Assembly: GCF_006345805.1 (NCBI RefSeq)
Contig: NC_043000.1
Coordinates: 74,276,001-74,340,000, forward strand
Reading direction: 5' to 3'
Length of the DNA: 64,000 bases
Origin: Octopus sinensis
Taxonomy: Eukaryota
Made by a program: the position numbers and the translations under genes. The notes beneath the pieces were generated by a model. The model worked only from the letters and a program-made list of their open reading frames with translations, was not told the origin of the DNA and did no database searches. Below are positions 14,524 through 26,768 of the stretch, one piece after another; within the stretch, counting starts at the first letter, position 1; every line of letters begins with the position of its first letter.

Positions 14524-16282
14524 CTAGCAGCATAGCCCGGCATTGCCCGGGTATGTAAGAGCTCCTAGTAGGCAACGACTAATCCCGATCTAGTCTTTTC
14601 CCTCTAGGGAACGAAGGCGCATGTGGACGTTGCAATGTCTTCTCTTCACTCGAATACTTCTGTGTATACGATGTTCCTAGCTGTCCCTTTGGGCGAAAAC
14701 ATGAAAACATCATTGCGCCTCCCAACGCGTGAACAGCCCACGTAGTGTTGACCGTGGGCGAAGCACTTCGCCCAAATGTAACCCAGCGACTTGTAGCGTT
14801 TGGCCTTGGGATTTATTGATGGACATTGCGAAGCAGAGTTTAACAGGAAACTGAGAACGCCTGAAGTGGATTGGTAGGTCAGCGCCCGACGGTTGAAGGT
14901 GCATGCGTGGAATGAAGACGTTCTCTCCCTTCCCACAACCGGTAAGTATTGTGGCCGTTATTAATTGTGGTGCCAAATGTTTCACAACCAGACGTGTGCC
15001 GTTGCACTGTTTAGGTGGAACCGAATTCCTGATGAGCATAATCGGTGCACCGACTTTTAACTTCAGGATGTGTGGCGGCAGGCCTGGTGGTTCAAGTGAA
15101 TTCAGGAATTAAACAGGATAATTGGAAAGCTCGGCGGGGTCTGCTGTCCTATCTATAGATTTGTAGACGTGGACATCACCAGGAATAGCTTCAAGTAGCT
15201 GGATATTGATGGAGTTGACAGTTGTATTTTTGGGTGCGAGAATAGCTCTGCCTGCCAGCCATTTTATGTTGCGTAAATTGTTTTGTTGGTCGTGGAAGAC
15301 AGTGTCCCAAGGGCTAGCAAGGGTGTCGACAGTGGTGCAAAGTGAGTCCAATTGAACACAGCCGTCCGCATCAGCCGGCATCCTATTTTCACCTAGCGAT
15401 AAAAGGTCCCTGGAGAATGCAGCGGATCCGTTGTCACCAATCAACTGTGCGCGCATGTTAGTTTGGAGGTGCAAGGGCTGCGCATGTGCCCAAAGAGCTG
15501 ACGTTTAGCCTAGAAAATATCTTGCGGCAAAAAATCATATGATGAACTGCCTAGAACACCCGTCACCTATAAAACTCCTCCATATAAACGAACTAGTCTA
15601 GATTTCCTCCTGTGGGTTGAATTATCGATAGCTGTTTGATAGTTATTTGGGGGAGTAACAGTTAAAGAAGGTTGAGTTGCGTCCCCTAGACAGTCTGGTT
15701 TGTGTTTAATACACAAATCGGTTTGCTATGTGTGCCACATATGATTTAATTAACCGATTTTTTCCAGTAATAAAGTATCCTATTGGAATAAAAAAGGCCA
15801 TATAGCTCCTTGGAGCAGACATGATGCTTGCTGTGAATTTCTTTTTAAATTCCTGCCAATTTGTTAAAGATATTGTCGAAAATATGTCATCTTGAATTTG
15901 AACGCGATTTCCCAAAATGGCATGATTTTATTGATTTTTTCTGATGGTAAGGTATTGCATTGAAAACTAACATCAGAATTAAGTTTCTTAGGGTAACATT
16001 AAGCTTCACCATGAGTTTGGTGAAAATCGATTGCAAGTTGCGAAAACTACAACAGAAAATGTGTTGCATATGTAAAGCTTAGATTCTCGACCCCATGTCA
16101 AATTTATTGATTTTTTTCAGAACTGGGGGAACTTTACAAAATTTTCGCTGCGTTAGTTTTGAATTATGACATTGGGCTATGTGTGTGTCAAGTTTCATCA
16201 GAATCGGTTGAAAGCCGTGGTCAGGGTGAGGGTACAACCTGACAGACACACAGACAGACAAACTGCCTTTTATCTAGAGAGA
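14524..16282 (-). mobile_element. Internally deleted Helitron with Pif1 helicase remnant
   Basis: 5' TC..TAAAAGGCAG at 16282; 3' hairpin CCCGGGCAATGCCGGG then CTAG|T at 14524. Pif1 motifs [40 protein letters not shown]. Confidence 0.9.
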
Positions 16283-16284
16283 AA

Positions 16285-16540
16285 CTAGCACTATGACCCG
16301 GCGTTGCTGGGTCATAGTGCTAGTGCTTGCATATACAGCCAGCTGGCATTCAATTGGTGTATCAAAATTCGGGCATTTTGATTGGGTTTTGGATAGAAAA
16401 TTCACTAAAAATCACTTCTATTGATTTTTTAATGGCTTTGCGGGGTGACTGGGGAAATGTAAAGATGTGCATGACCACCCTTGGACGGTTTTGAATGACC
16501 ATAGAAAGTGCAAGCCCTCTAACTGAAAAATTGTTGATTT
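16285..16540 (-). mobile_element. 3' end of a second Helitron, in tandem with the first
   Basis: CTAG terminus with GC-rich CCCGGCGTTGCTGGG hairpin similar to the other Helitron ends; cut off by a Penelope insertion. Confidence 0.6.
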
Positions 16541-16572
16541 TCTAACCAGAATTTAATTGCTTTTATTCCATA

Positions 16573-17315
16573 TCAATCTTTACACCAACATCCCCCATGA
16601 CTATGGAATAAAAGCAATTAAATTCTAGTTGGAAAAGTACACCGAAGTCCTCCCGGAACGCATAAACCAGATCTTTATTATTGAATTCTTAAAATTTATA
16701 CTTCAGAACAATTATTTCCTATTTGATGACACATACTATCGTCAGAAATGCGGAATTGCGATGGGGACGAAAGCAGCTCCTGTTCTTGCGAACCTAATAA
16801 TGGGTTATTTTGAATTCACCTTGTATGAAGTATCACTTCAGAAATATGGTTACCCATTTTACCTCTACATAATAGAAAATTGGAAGTGATACCTGGATGA
16901 CTGCTTTATCATCTGGAAGGAGAACATCGACAAACTTTTGGATTTCAAAACAACACTAAATGACATAAATAGTAACATTCAATTCACAATGGAATATAAC
17001 AAAGAACAACTTCCATTTTTAGACATCATGATAAAAAAAGTTAACAATGAAATCATAACTGACATTTATTATAAACCAACTGATTCAAAACAATATCTTC
17101 TTTTTAACTCATGCCACCCAAAACACATAAAAATAAACATCCCTTTTAACTTAGCAAAAAGGGTCTGCACAATAGTGTCTGATAGAACAACTCGGGACCT
17201 TCATCTTCAAGACCTCAAAACAACACTTATTGAAAGACAATATCCACCCTCTCTTATCGACGAGGGAATTAAACGTGCCAAACAATTAGACACAAAAACA
17301 CTAAGAACAAAAAAA
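16573..17315 (+). mobile_element. Penelope-like RT fragment
   Basis: LYTNIPH, GIAMGTKAAP.LANL, YLDDCF (after an in-frame stop), [15 protein letters not shown]. Ends in a (TA)n array. Confidence 0.88.
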
Positions 17316-17484
17316 CATATATATATATATATAAATATATATATATATGTATATATAAATATGTATATATACATATATATATGTATATGTATATATATGT
17401 ATATGTATATATATATGTATATATATATATGTATATGTATATATATGTATATGTATATATATATATTGTATATGTATATATATG

Positions 17485-17538
<54 letters not shown>

Positions 17539-17675
17539 GTATATATATATGTATATATATATATGTATATGTATATATATATGTATATGTATATATTATA
17601 TATATATATGTATATGTATATATATATATGTATATGTATATATATATGTATATGTATATAAATATGTATATGTAT
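17316..17675. repeat. (TA)n/(TATG)n microsatellite
   Basis: Directly visible. Confidence 0.97.
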
Positions 17676-17679
17676 CAGT

Positions 17680-18435
17680 TGTCCTTTGTTTTCTTCTTTC
17701 TTATTTGTGTCTCTCCTTACTAACCATCAGCCATTTTGTATTTCTATTGTATGTCTTCATTTGCGCATGCTTATATCTATCTCTATGTGCGTCTATGTTT
17801 ATTTAGTGTGTGTGTGGGGGGGAATGCCTGTAATATTTGTATCTTCTGTTTATATATGTTCGTGTAATTTGTTTTTGTTTATTCTTATTTTGTTCATGTG
17901 TTTACATCCACTTATTATTATCATTACATATGCTTGTATGTATGTATGTATAACAACACTACTAGTAATAATAATAATAATAAATTTTTTAAATCTTTTA
18001 AATTAAACAAAAAAAACTTATGCAGTTATTTATTTCTATTTGTTTATTTATCTGTGTATTTTATTTATTATATTTTCAGTTTTGTTTATATTGTAACCAG
18101 TTTATTGGGATCCTCTACCATCATATGTTGTGGTGTGTGCTAGTGTTCCATTCCAGTTTCCTCTTCAGGCTAGGTTTCTCTTCTATTATGTGTGTAGCTT
18201 CTGTAATTTGTCTGATTGTTGCATCTGTTCTATGTGTGGACAATATTTTAATTTCTATGTTGTTGATTGATCCCCCGTGTTCCTGTTTGGCGTGTTGGTA
18301 CAGAATCGATGAGCTTTTACCTTCCTTAAGTTCTCTCCAATGTTCATTTACCCGCTATCCTATGCTTCGTGCCGTTTCCCTTACATATGTCGTTGTCTTG
18401 TTACTGCATCGTCCCTCTATACATCTTATACTATA
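17680..18435 (-). mobile_element. 3' fragment of another Penelope-like element: GIY-YIG endonuclease remnant plus 3' UTR
   Basis: Minus translation IRC...TYVRETARSIG*RVNEH...ILYQHAKQEH...RQITEA.HI.EEKP.LKRKLEW, at about 18130-18435. Confidence 0.7.
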
Positions 18436-18595
18436 GACTACATGATTAAGATTAATGTAAAAGAGAAATAACACTGAAGCAAAATAACACCAAATATATA
18501 GTGCGTGTGTTTTTATTGGCCAAACTGGCAAAATGACCATTCTGAAATATAACAATATCTGTTTCAACACATGACTTCACATAAAAAAATCTTGC

Positions 18596-18624
<29 letters not shown>

Positions 18625-18627
<3 letters not shown>

Positions 18628-20586
18628 GAAAATAGTAAAAAGTGAAAAAACTACAGAAGGCTTGTTTTAAAAGGTTAAAAAATATATATTTGAGTCAATA
18701 TGTCTGAAGAATATTATAAATTTTTTTCTTACAATGACATAGTTTACAAGAAATGACCGGTTTCGCGTTTAGCTTTTCAAATTTCTTACATCGTTATGTT
18801 TATGTTGAAAAGAGTTCTAGATAAGGGGAAGTAATAAGTGATTTCTTCCTGTGTAAGGGAGATAATCGCTTAAAATTTTTTTGCCTTTCCTTTGGGGTGA
18901 ATTTCTCCGTATAAGTATGTTGGAATGGTTAAGTTTGGGCTTGTACTTTTCAATGAAGAATGTTTCCTTGTTCAGTCTCATTTGTGTTGGTGTTCCGATA
19001 GCACATTGGTAAAATGGAAAGATTAAAAATTGTGGTAGTAGTTGCTTTGCGCATTTCTCAATATGCTCACTAAAGGGTATCATTCTGTATTCTGGAAATG
19101 CAATCTGTTGTCGATGCAGTGTGCATCTACGTCTGAGTGATAGTCCCGTGGATCCCACGTAGTCTTGGTGGCAGCCCGAGCATTTTATGACATAAATTAT
19201 GTTTTCAGAGGCACAAGTAAAATTAGATTTGATCTTGAATTTCTGTCCCTCTTTGAAGAGGAATTCTGATCCTTCTAGCAGGTTTAGACATGTTGCACAG
19301 TTCGGTCTACCACATTTTTTTACTTTTGCATCCGTAATTTCAGAAAACAATTTTGCCTTTGTGAGAATCTTTTTAAGTGATTTAGGTTGTTTGTAGCTTT
19401 TAATGATTTGGTGTATGTTTAGAATTTCCTTTAATTTGGGGTCCTTATGAAGTATTGGTAAATTCTGGGTGATCATGGTGAAGGCTTCTTTGTTTCTGGG
19501 GTTGTATGTGGATATGTAAGGTAGTATTTTCGGGGAAGGTGTGTTGTTGTGTTGAACTTTTCTTAAAGTTTCTATGTTGATTTCTGTTGCACGTCTGATC
19601 CCATCCTCTATGAGTTGAGCTGAGTAATAATGTCTGTCAATTAGGGTGTTTTTGAGTTCTTGCAGTCTAAAGTTCCTGGTATTTTGTTCTGACACTATTG
19701 TGCATATCCTTCTTGCAAGGTTAAAGGGGATGTTTGTTTTAGTGTGTCTTGGGTGGCATGAATTAAAAAAAAGGTATTGTTTGGCATCTGTGACTTTGTA
19801 AACAATGTCTGTTTCTATTTTAAGGTTAATTTTTTTAATTAGTATATCCAAGAATGGGAGCTCCTTTTGGTTGTATTCCATTGTGAACTGTTTATTTGTT
19901 CAATAGGTTCAATAGGTTTTTAAATTTTAGGAGTTTATCTGTGTTTTCATTCCAGAGTATAAAACAATCGTCCAGGAATCGTTTTCAATTCTCTTTTATG
20001 TATTGAGAGAGGGGGTTTCCAAAGATTGATAAAGATTCCTGGTAAATGATTATTTCCATGTATCCCATTGTTAAGTTCGCAATGACTGGTGCTGCCCTTG
20101 TACCCATAGCAATTCCGGATTTTTGACGGTAAAATGTATTATCAAACATGAAGTGGTTATTATGTAGGATGAATTTTTTACTGATCCTTTTTGGTATTTT
20201 TTCCAGAAATTGGTCCAGCCAGAACTGTATTGCCTCTAGTCCATAATTATGAGGTATACTGGTATATGAGTTAACTACATCAAATGAAACCATGATTGTT
20301 TCTTCCTTGGCTTCTTTTGGAAGGTGGTTTAACATATCTAAGTCATCTCTGATATGGCTATCGATATGTTTAAGGAAGGGTTTCAGGAGGATGTCCATAA
20401 ATAGACTTAGTCTGTGTGTTTCACAGGTTGGGCCAGCTACAATGGGTCATAGTTTTAGGTCCTCCGGGTTAGGTGTGTGTATGTATGTCTTTGGTGATTT
20501 TTTAATGGTTTCATTTATAATTTGGCTTTTATGAATTTTTGGAAGACCATAGAAAAGGCTAGGTTTGCATTTAAAGTTTGTTAGAA
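18625..20586 (-). mobile_element. Penelope-like element, 5'-truncated, RT plus Zn-knuckle plus GIY-YIG
   Basis: SFDVV.SYTSIP, GIAMGTRAAP, RFLDD, KCGRPNCATC, IIYVIKC..C..DYVGSTG. Both ends lie in (TA)n. Same family as 26551-29324. Confidence 0.93.
18748..18787 (-). ncRNA. Minimal hammerhead ribozyme, U3-A8 core variant
   Basis: AAGAAAU-UUGAAAA-GC-UAAAC-GC-GAA-ACCGGU-C-AUUUCUU. Confidence 0.78.
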
Positions 20587-20655
20587 ATATATATATATAT
20601 ATATTTATATATATAAATATATATTTATAAATATATATTTATATATATATATATT

Positions 20656-20686
<31 letters not shown>

Positions 20687-20698
20687 ATTTATATATAT

Positions 20699-20798
20699 NN
20701 NNNNNNNNNNNNNNNNNNNNNNNNNNNNNNNNNNNNNNNNNNNNNNNNNNNNNNNNNNNNNNNNNNNNNNNNNNNNNNNNNNNNNNNNNNNNNNNNNN
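20699..20798. other. Assembly gap (100 N) inside a (TA)n array spanning about 20587-21177
   Basis: Run of n characters. Confidence 0.99.
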
Positions 20799-21034
20799 AT
20801 TTATATATATATTTATATATATATATTTATATATATATATTATATATATAATTTATATATATATTTATATATATATATTTATATATATATTTATATATAT
20901 ATCCGTAATAATGAAGGGTGAAATTAATTAATTTGGAATAATTATCAATTACACCAAGTAGTCTTCGGCATGTAAAGGCCTCATTCGGTATGTGGTAAGG
21001 CAATTCGTTGCTAAACCCTTTATTGCTTAGTATT

Positions 21035-21065
<31 letters not shown>

Positions 21066-21097
21066 ATATTTAATATATATATATTTATATATATATT

Positions 21098-21130
<33 letters not shown>

Positions 21131-21131
21131 T

Positions 21132-21162
<31 letters not shown>

Positions 21163-21177
21163 TTATATATATATATA

Positions 21178-21553
21178 CTAGCAGTATCGCCCGGCGTTGC
21201 TCAGTTTTGTAAGGGAAATAACTATAAAGCATTTTTAGAGAGTTATAGCCAAAAAATAGCAAAAAAATTATGGTAAATTTTTTTTGAGATTTAAAAAATG
21301 TGGAGTTGCGTCCTCTAGACAGTTTGAGGTTCGTGTTTCTGATTCTCGACCCCATGTCGAATTTATCTATTTTTTTTAGAACTGGGGGAACTTTTCAAAA
21401 TTTTGGGTGCGTTAGTTTTGAATTATGACATTGGGCTATGTGTGTGTCAAGTTTCATCAGAATCGGTTGAAAGCTGTGGTCAGGGTGAGGGTAGAAGCAA
21501 ACAGACACACAGAAACACGCACAGACAAACTGCCGTTTATATATAGAGAGAGA
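21178..21553 (-). mobile_element. Short non-autonomous Helitron
   Basis: 5' TCTCTCTCTATATATAAACGGCAG, 3' hairpin plus CTAG|T. About 200 bp of its 5' end is shared with 14524-16282. Confidence 0.85.
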
Positions 21554-21558
21554 TATAA

Positions 21559-21597
<39 letters not shown>

Positions 21598-21599
21598 AA

Positions 21600-22477
21600 T
21601 ATGTTACATTACTCTATAGTCAAGATAAAACTGAGTTTCAGATGTCAAAGTGGAAATCCACAAAACGCTATGAAAAAATACCGTTATATAAAGGGAAATT
21701 ACTGTATTATAATTCAGCTCGTGAACCCACGTGCGTACTTATACGTCACTATGAAAACGTACACATCTTCACTCGCATTTTTCGCCAAATATATACGCAT
21801 ATATATACAACTCATACACACACACATGCGTACCGTAAAAGTTCATACATATGTCTATATACGCACAAGCACAAGAAAAACCATGTTTAAAGATAACAGA
21901 AAAAAAACATAAGGAAGTATACAAAGCATAAAAACCACATTCATATACAGATAAACCCCTATGCACTCATACACACACGCCCATATTTGTACATACCCGC
22001 ACATATTTATATACGTATACATACACACGCATATACAAAAATTGAATATACATATGTCCCCCTCCCACCCAATTTTTTTTTTTTAAATACTAAGTAAAAA
22101 CGTCTATATATATGTGCATTCTTATGCCCGCACACACGCACACAACTAAAACTGCCCACTCATACATATTCACACACATGTACAAATGAATCTATACACA
22201 CGTCTGTATAGGCACAGGAAAAAATGCAGGATAGAAAAGAACAAAAAATTATTATGTGTGAAAATATAAAAATATATGAAATAATAAAAGGTATAATGAG
22301 ATAAAAAACTTTTTGGGGCATAACATAGAAAGCATGTTCTATCTGTTTTCTTTAGGGGACCAAAAACGTAATAAAAATTTAGTTACATGTGGGCATGATC
22401 CGAAAAGTTCTGTCCTTGAGTTTAGACATGTAGTAGGGTCTAAGCTGCTTTTCCAGATAAGCCATCTCTCCATGTCG
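21600..22477 (-). mobile_element. 3' portion of a Penelope-like element (end of GIY-YIG ORF plus CA-rich UTR)
   Basis: Minus translation ERWLIWKSSLDPTTCLNSRTELFGSCPHVTKFLL matches the LN.R.E....C.H..K..L C-terminus of Penelope ORFs. Boundary on the UTR side is approximate. Confidence 0.6.
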
Positions 22478-25400
22478 CATTTATATAAAAGAAGGATAAA
22501 CGGCACACTGACCACTCCTGAAAGACGATATGCGGATGTAGTGCGTGGTCCAAAATAGATACTGCATAGCCCAACAAATGGCCAGCTTCACCCAGATGTG
22601 AGAAGGGCAGCAGCTGAACAGCAATCTTTTTTGTGCATGGCACAAAAAATTGTTCAGCAGCTGACCTGGCTACAAACACAAAGCTGGAACTACCACCACA
22701 TAAGGCCACCACCAACAGATGCAGGATGGCCACCACAGACACCAACACACACACACCACAAAAATATTTCTACTAAATGTAGGAGGGCTGCTGCGTGGCA
22801 ACTGTAAAAGGAAAATCTCATTCCTGAGAGACCTTGTGGCATGCAATCAAGCTATATGCATGGCACTCATAGAAACGCATCTTGGACCCGATATAGGGGA
22901 TGCAGAAATACATATGCCACAATATGCTGTCATACGCTCAGATAGAAAAGGGAGAAGCCATGGTGGAGTTGCAATGTACATCCGAGATGACCTCACACCC
23001 CAGGTCCTGTTGTCATATTCAAACTCAGTGTGTGACACTCAAATTGTACTCATAAGACAACTGAATATCGTCATATGTACTACATATCACCCACCGGATG
23101 CCCCAAATCACTCAGGCATGTTTGAAGACTGCCTAACAAAAATAGGAGAAGTTTTCACCAACCTGGAACAACACAACAGTGTATTCTTCATGGGTGACTT
23201 TAACTTCCCCAGTGTGGAATGGCCTGGGCGGGGGAGCAGATGCTCCCAGGGATGACACTCTATCAGCAGGCACAGGCAGAGTCCCTGCTCCATCTCACAA
23301 ATGCCTCTTTCATGGAGCAGATAGTGCTGCAACCAACAAGGGCAGATAATATACAGGATCTCTGCTTCACAAACAATATGGATATTATCCATAATGTTAA
23401 AGTGATGCCGGCAATGATCTCGGATCACGACATAATAGAGCTGTCTATGTATGGACCAAAAGCCCCTGCAGACACACAGCCTATACGAAACATCCACAAT
23501 CTCTCCAACTTAGACTTTCATAAAGCAAATTGGAAGTTGATCGAGAAAGAGATCCTCAAACAGGATTGGCCTAAATGTCTCTCCACACCGGACATTGACA
23601 TGAAACACAAACGCTTCATGTCCATAATGCAAGCCATATGTGACAAATATGTCCCAGTGTGTAGGGCCAGCACACACAAAAACAAAAACAGGATCCTTAG
23701 AGAAAGGAAGTTTCTTATGAGATGACGGACAAGGATTGTGAACCACCTGAGCAAGCACACCAAAAGTGGTGAAAAGTCTCGGCTCAAGAGAATGCTAATG
23801 GAAATTGAGCAAAGTCTGCATCAGTCTCATGAAAAGGAGAGTGCAGATAAAGAAGCTTGGGTAATAGAAAATATAAAGTCAAACCCTAAAGCTTTCTTTA
23901 AGTTTGCCAAAGAGACAGCAACAGAGAATAGGACCACTCTTCCAAAAAGATGGCTCTCTCACAGGAAATCCTACGAGGAAAAGTGAAATACTGAACGAAC
24001 AGTTCCAAAGTGTGTTCACTACACCTATTGGACACAGGCAAGTAAACAACCCAGAAGAATTCTTTGTCACTTTACCTGCGGCCAAAGAGGCAAAAATTGA
24101 GTACATCAACATTGAAGATGATGATATCAACTCGCCATAGATGAGATTGACACAAACTGAGCTGCTGGACCTGATGGATTTCCAAGCAATCCTTCTCAAA
24201 TCGTGCAAACAAGCCCTTGCAAAACCGCTACAGCTTTTTCAGAGCTTTCTTGCAAGTGGTAAGCTCCCAGTCAAATTGAAAGAGGGTGTAATATCCATAA
24301 GGGAGGTAGCAGAGCAGATGCTAAAAATTATAGGCCTATCTCTCTGACCTCACACATCAGCAAAGTCATGGAACGAATAGTCCGCAAGAAACTAATCATG
24401 TTCCTTGAAGAAAATTACTTGCTGACTGACACCCAGCATGGATTTCGACCAGGTAGAAGCTGCCTAACACAGCTCCTGCAACACTATGACTGGGTGTTAA
24501 AACAACTACTAAATGGCTCAAATGTGGATGTGATATATCTCAACTTTGCAAAAGCCTTTGATAAAGTCGACCACGGTATGATTTGTCACAAACTGTGTGG
24601 TTTCGGCGTAGGCGGAAACTAAAAGATAGAAGGCAGGCAGTTGTGACCAATGGATCCACCTCCAAGGAAACAGAAACAACAAGCGGTGTTCCACAGGGCA
24701 CTGTCTTGGGGCCACTGCTGTTCATAGTGGCTCTTTCAGACATACCCTCAGTTGCTAAGATGGCCACCCTTTCTAGCTATGCAGATGACACAAACGTCTC
24801 CCACACAATACAAAACCCTTGAAATATTGCACATCTGCAACAGGAGTTGGATACAATATACAGGTGGGCTGAGGACAACAACATGCAGTTTAATGCAGGT
24901 AAATTCCAGGTCCTGCGCTACCGGCACACAAAGGTAAACGACATGCAGACTGGATACACTGACCCAGGAAGAATTGCAATCCCTGAGTCAAAATCAGTGC
25001 GTGACCTGGGCATTGACATGAGCAATGATGCATCTTTCCAAGTGCATATTACTAATCTGGTGATAAAATGCAGATGGCTAGCTGGATGGATTCTCCGAAC
25101 TTTCAGAACAAGAGAGGAGACACTGATGGTCCTGTGGAAAACTTTAGTACTCGGCTGCTTGGACTACTGCTCCCAAGTATGGTCACCACACAATATAAAA
25201 CTAACAGCAGAACTCGAAGCAATTCAAAGAAGCTACACAAAGAAGATTGTCTCAATACAACATATCAGCTACTGGGAAAGACTGAAAGTATTAAAACTCT
25301 TCTCCCTAGAGCGAAGGCGGGAGAGATATGCTGTGATATCCATCTGTAAAATCCTGGAAGGTCTTGTCCCAAACTTTGGCATTCAAAGTTACCCCAACCA

Positions 25401-25760
25401 CAGAACGGGGCGCCACTGCATGGTGCCAAAGATTCCAACATCACCATCAAAATACAGGACCAAATACCGCAACAGCTTGGGTTTCAGAGGACCACAGATC
25501 TTTAACATCCTCCCTAAATGCCTAAGAGATTTGCATGGTGTGGATGTGGGTTTCTTTAAAACTAAACTGGATCTCTTCTTGTCGTGGGTCCCAGATGAAC
25601 CTACCTCACGACAGGAGACACAGATGCAGGCAGCGGCATCAGACTCCCTTGTCGACCAAGTGCCACATATCAGAGGTGGATTTACATATTAGTGTAGCTC
25701 ATTCAGCGGTGGTGCCCCAGCATGGCCGCAGCCTTCGGGCTAAAATATTTCTAAGGATTT
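22478..25760 (+). mobile_element. CR1/L2-group LINE, nearly complete decayed ORF2 plus end of ORF1
   Basis: APE (LLNVGGL, LIETHL, RSDR..RSHGGVAMYI, MGDFNFP, SDH), RT (QHGFRPGRSC, AKAFDKVDH, GVPQGTVLGP, YADD), stop 25692. Tail ggtggtgccccagcatggccgcag. Related to 5083-7520. Confidence 0.92.
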
Positions 25761-25823
25761 AAGGATATATATATATATATAAATATATATATAAATATAT
25801 ATATATAAATATATATATTATAT

Positions 25824-25871
<48 letters not shown>

Positions 25872-25897
25872 TATATATATAATATATAAATATATAT

Positions 25898-25982
<85 letters not shown>

Positions 25983-25999
25983 TATAAATATATATACAT

Positions 26000-26430
26000 T
26001 CATAAATGAGGGTGAAAAATTAGATATTAATTTAATAATACCATCAGTTTAACACCAAGTAGCCTAGCACCTAAAAACCAGGGAGACAATACAAATTTAT
26101 ATGTAAATATAAGAGAGTTACCGTTAAGTGGTTAACTCTAGTACTAGAAATAGCTCCTCATTCTGGTATAGCCACCGAATTTGTTTCCACAAAAGAAATA
26201 ACATTACCTTCAACATAAGGAAAGTGAAATACAACGGAAAGATAGATTAATGCTGAACAATTGTTTCTTTATCAATATAATATGCAATTATACTCAAATA
26301 TTTATCTATAAGTCATCAGCAGCATTTGTCTTCGATACAATTTATTAGACCCTCACGGGCGATAAATACCCATGCGGTCCAATCGATTGCATACATAGTT
26401 GTGATTTAGCTTCCCCGCCAAAAACATATT
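26000..26430 (-). mobile_element. Solo pseudo-LTR / retrozyme-like unit of another Penelope family, within (TA)n
   Basis: Non-coding ~430 bp island between two (TA)n arrays. Carries a hammerhead and the AGGGTGAA terminal motif shared with other PLE ends. Confidence 0.65.
26249..26326 (-). ncRNA. Type-I hammerhead ribozyme
   Basis: AAUGCUG-CUGAUGA-CUUAU..AUAAA-GAA-ACAAUUGU-U-CAGCAUU: perfect 7-bp stem I, canonical core, palindromic stem III. First pair of stem II is mismatched. Confidence 0.8.
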
Positions 26431-26554
<124 letters not shown>

Positions 26555-26728
26555 TAAGAAAGTTTGTTTGGTAAAGCACGTGGGTGAATATATAAGAAAA
26601 TAGTAAAGTGTGAAAAAACGACAGAAGGCTTAAATGTTAAAAAATATATATATTTGTGTCAAAATGTCTGGAGAATATTGGAAAAATTTTTTTCCTTTCC
26701 TTAAAATGACATAATTTTAAAATTTTTA

Positions 26729-26768
26729 AAGAAATTACCGGTTTCGCGTGTAGCTTTTCAAATTTCTT
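26729..26768 (-). ncRNA. Minimal hammerhead ribozyme, U3-A8 variant
   Basis: AAGAAAU-UUGAAAA-GC-UACAC-GC-GAA-ACCGGU-A-AUUUCUU. Confidence 0.78.

Noticed and set aside
18345-18365. In-frame stop in a GIY-YIG remnant as possible selenocysteine (as in some Naiad PLEs)
   Set aside because: The stop is TAG at a position normally Glu, not TGA; simple decay.
21625-21780. Possible hammerhead in the 21.6 kb PLE UTR (AGAUGU/ACAUCU stem, GAAACUCAGU)
   Set aside because: The CUGAnGA box and stem I are not recoverable.
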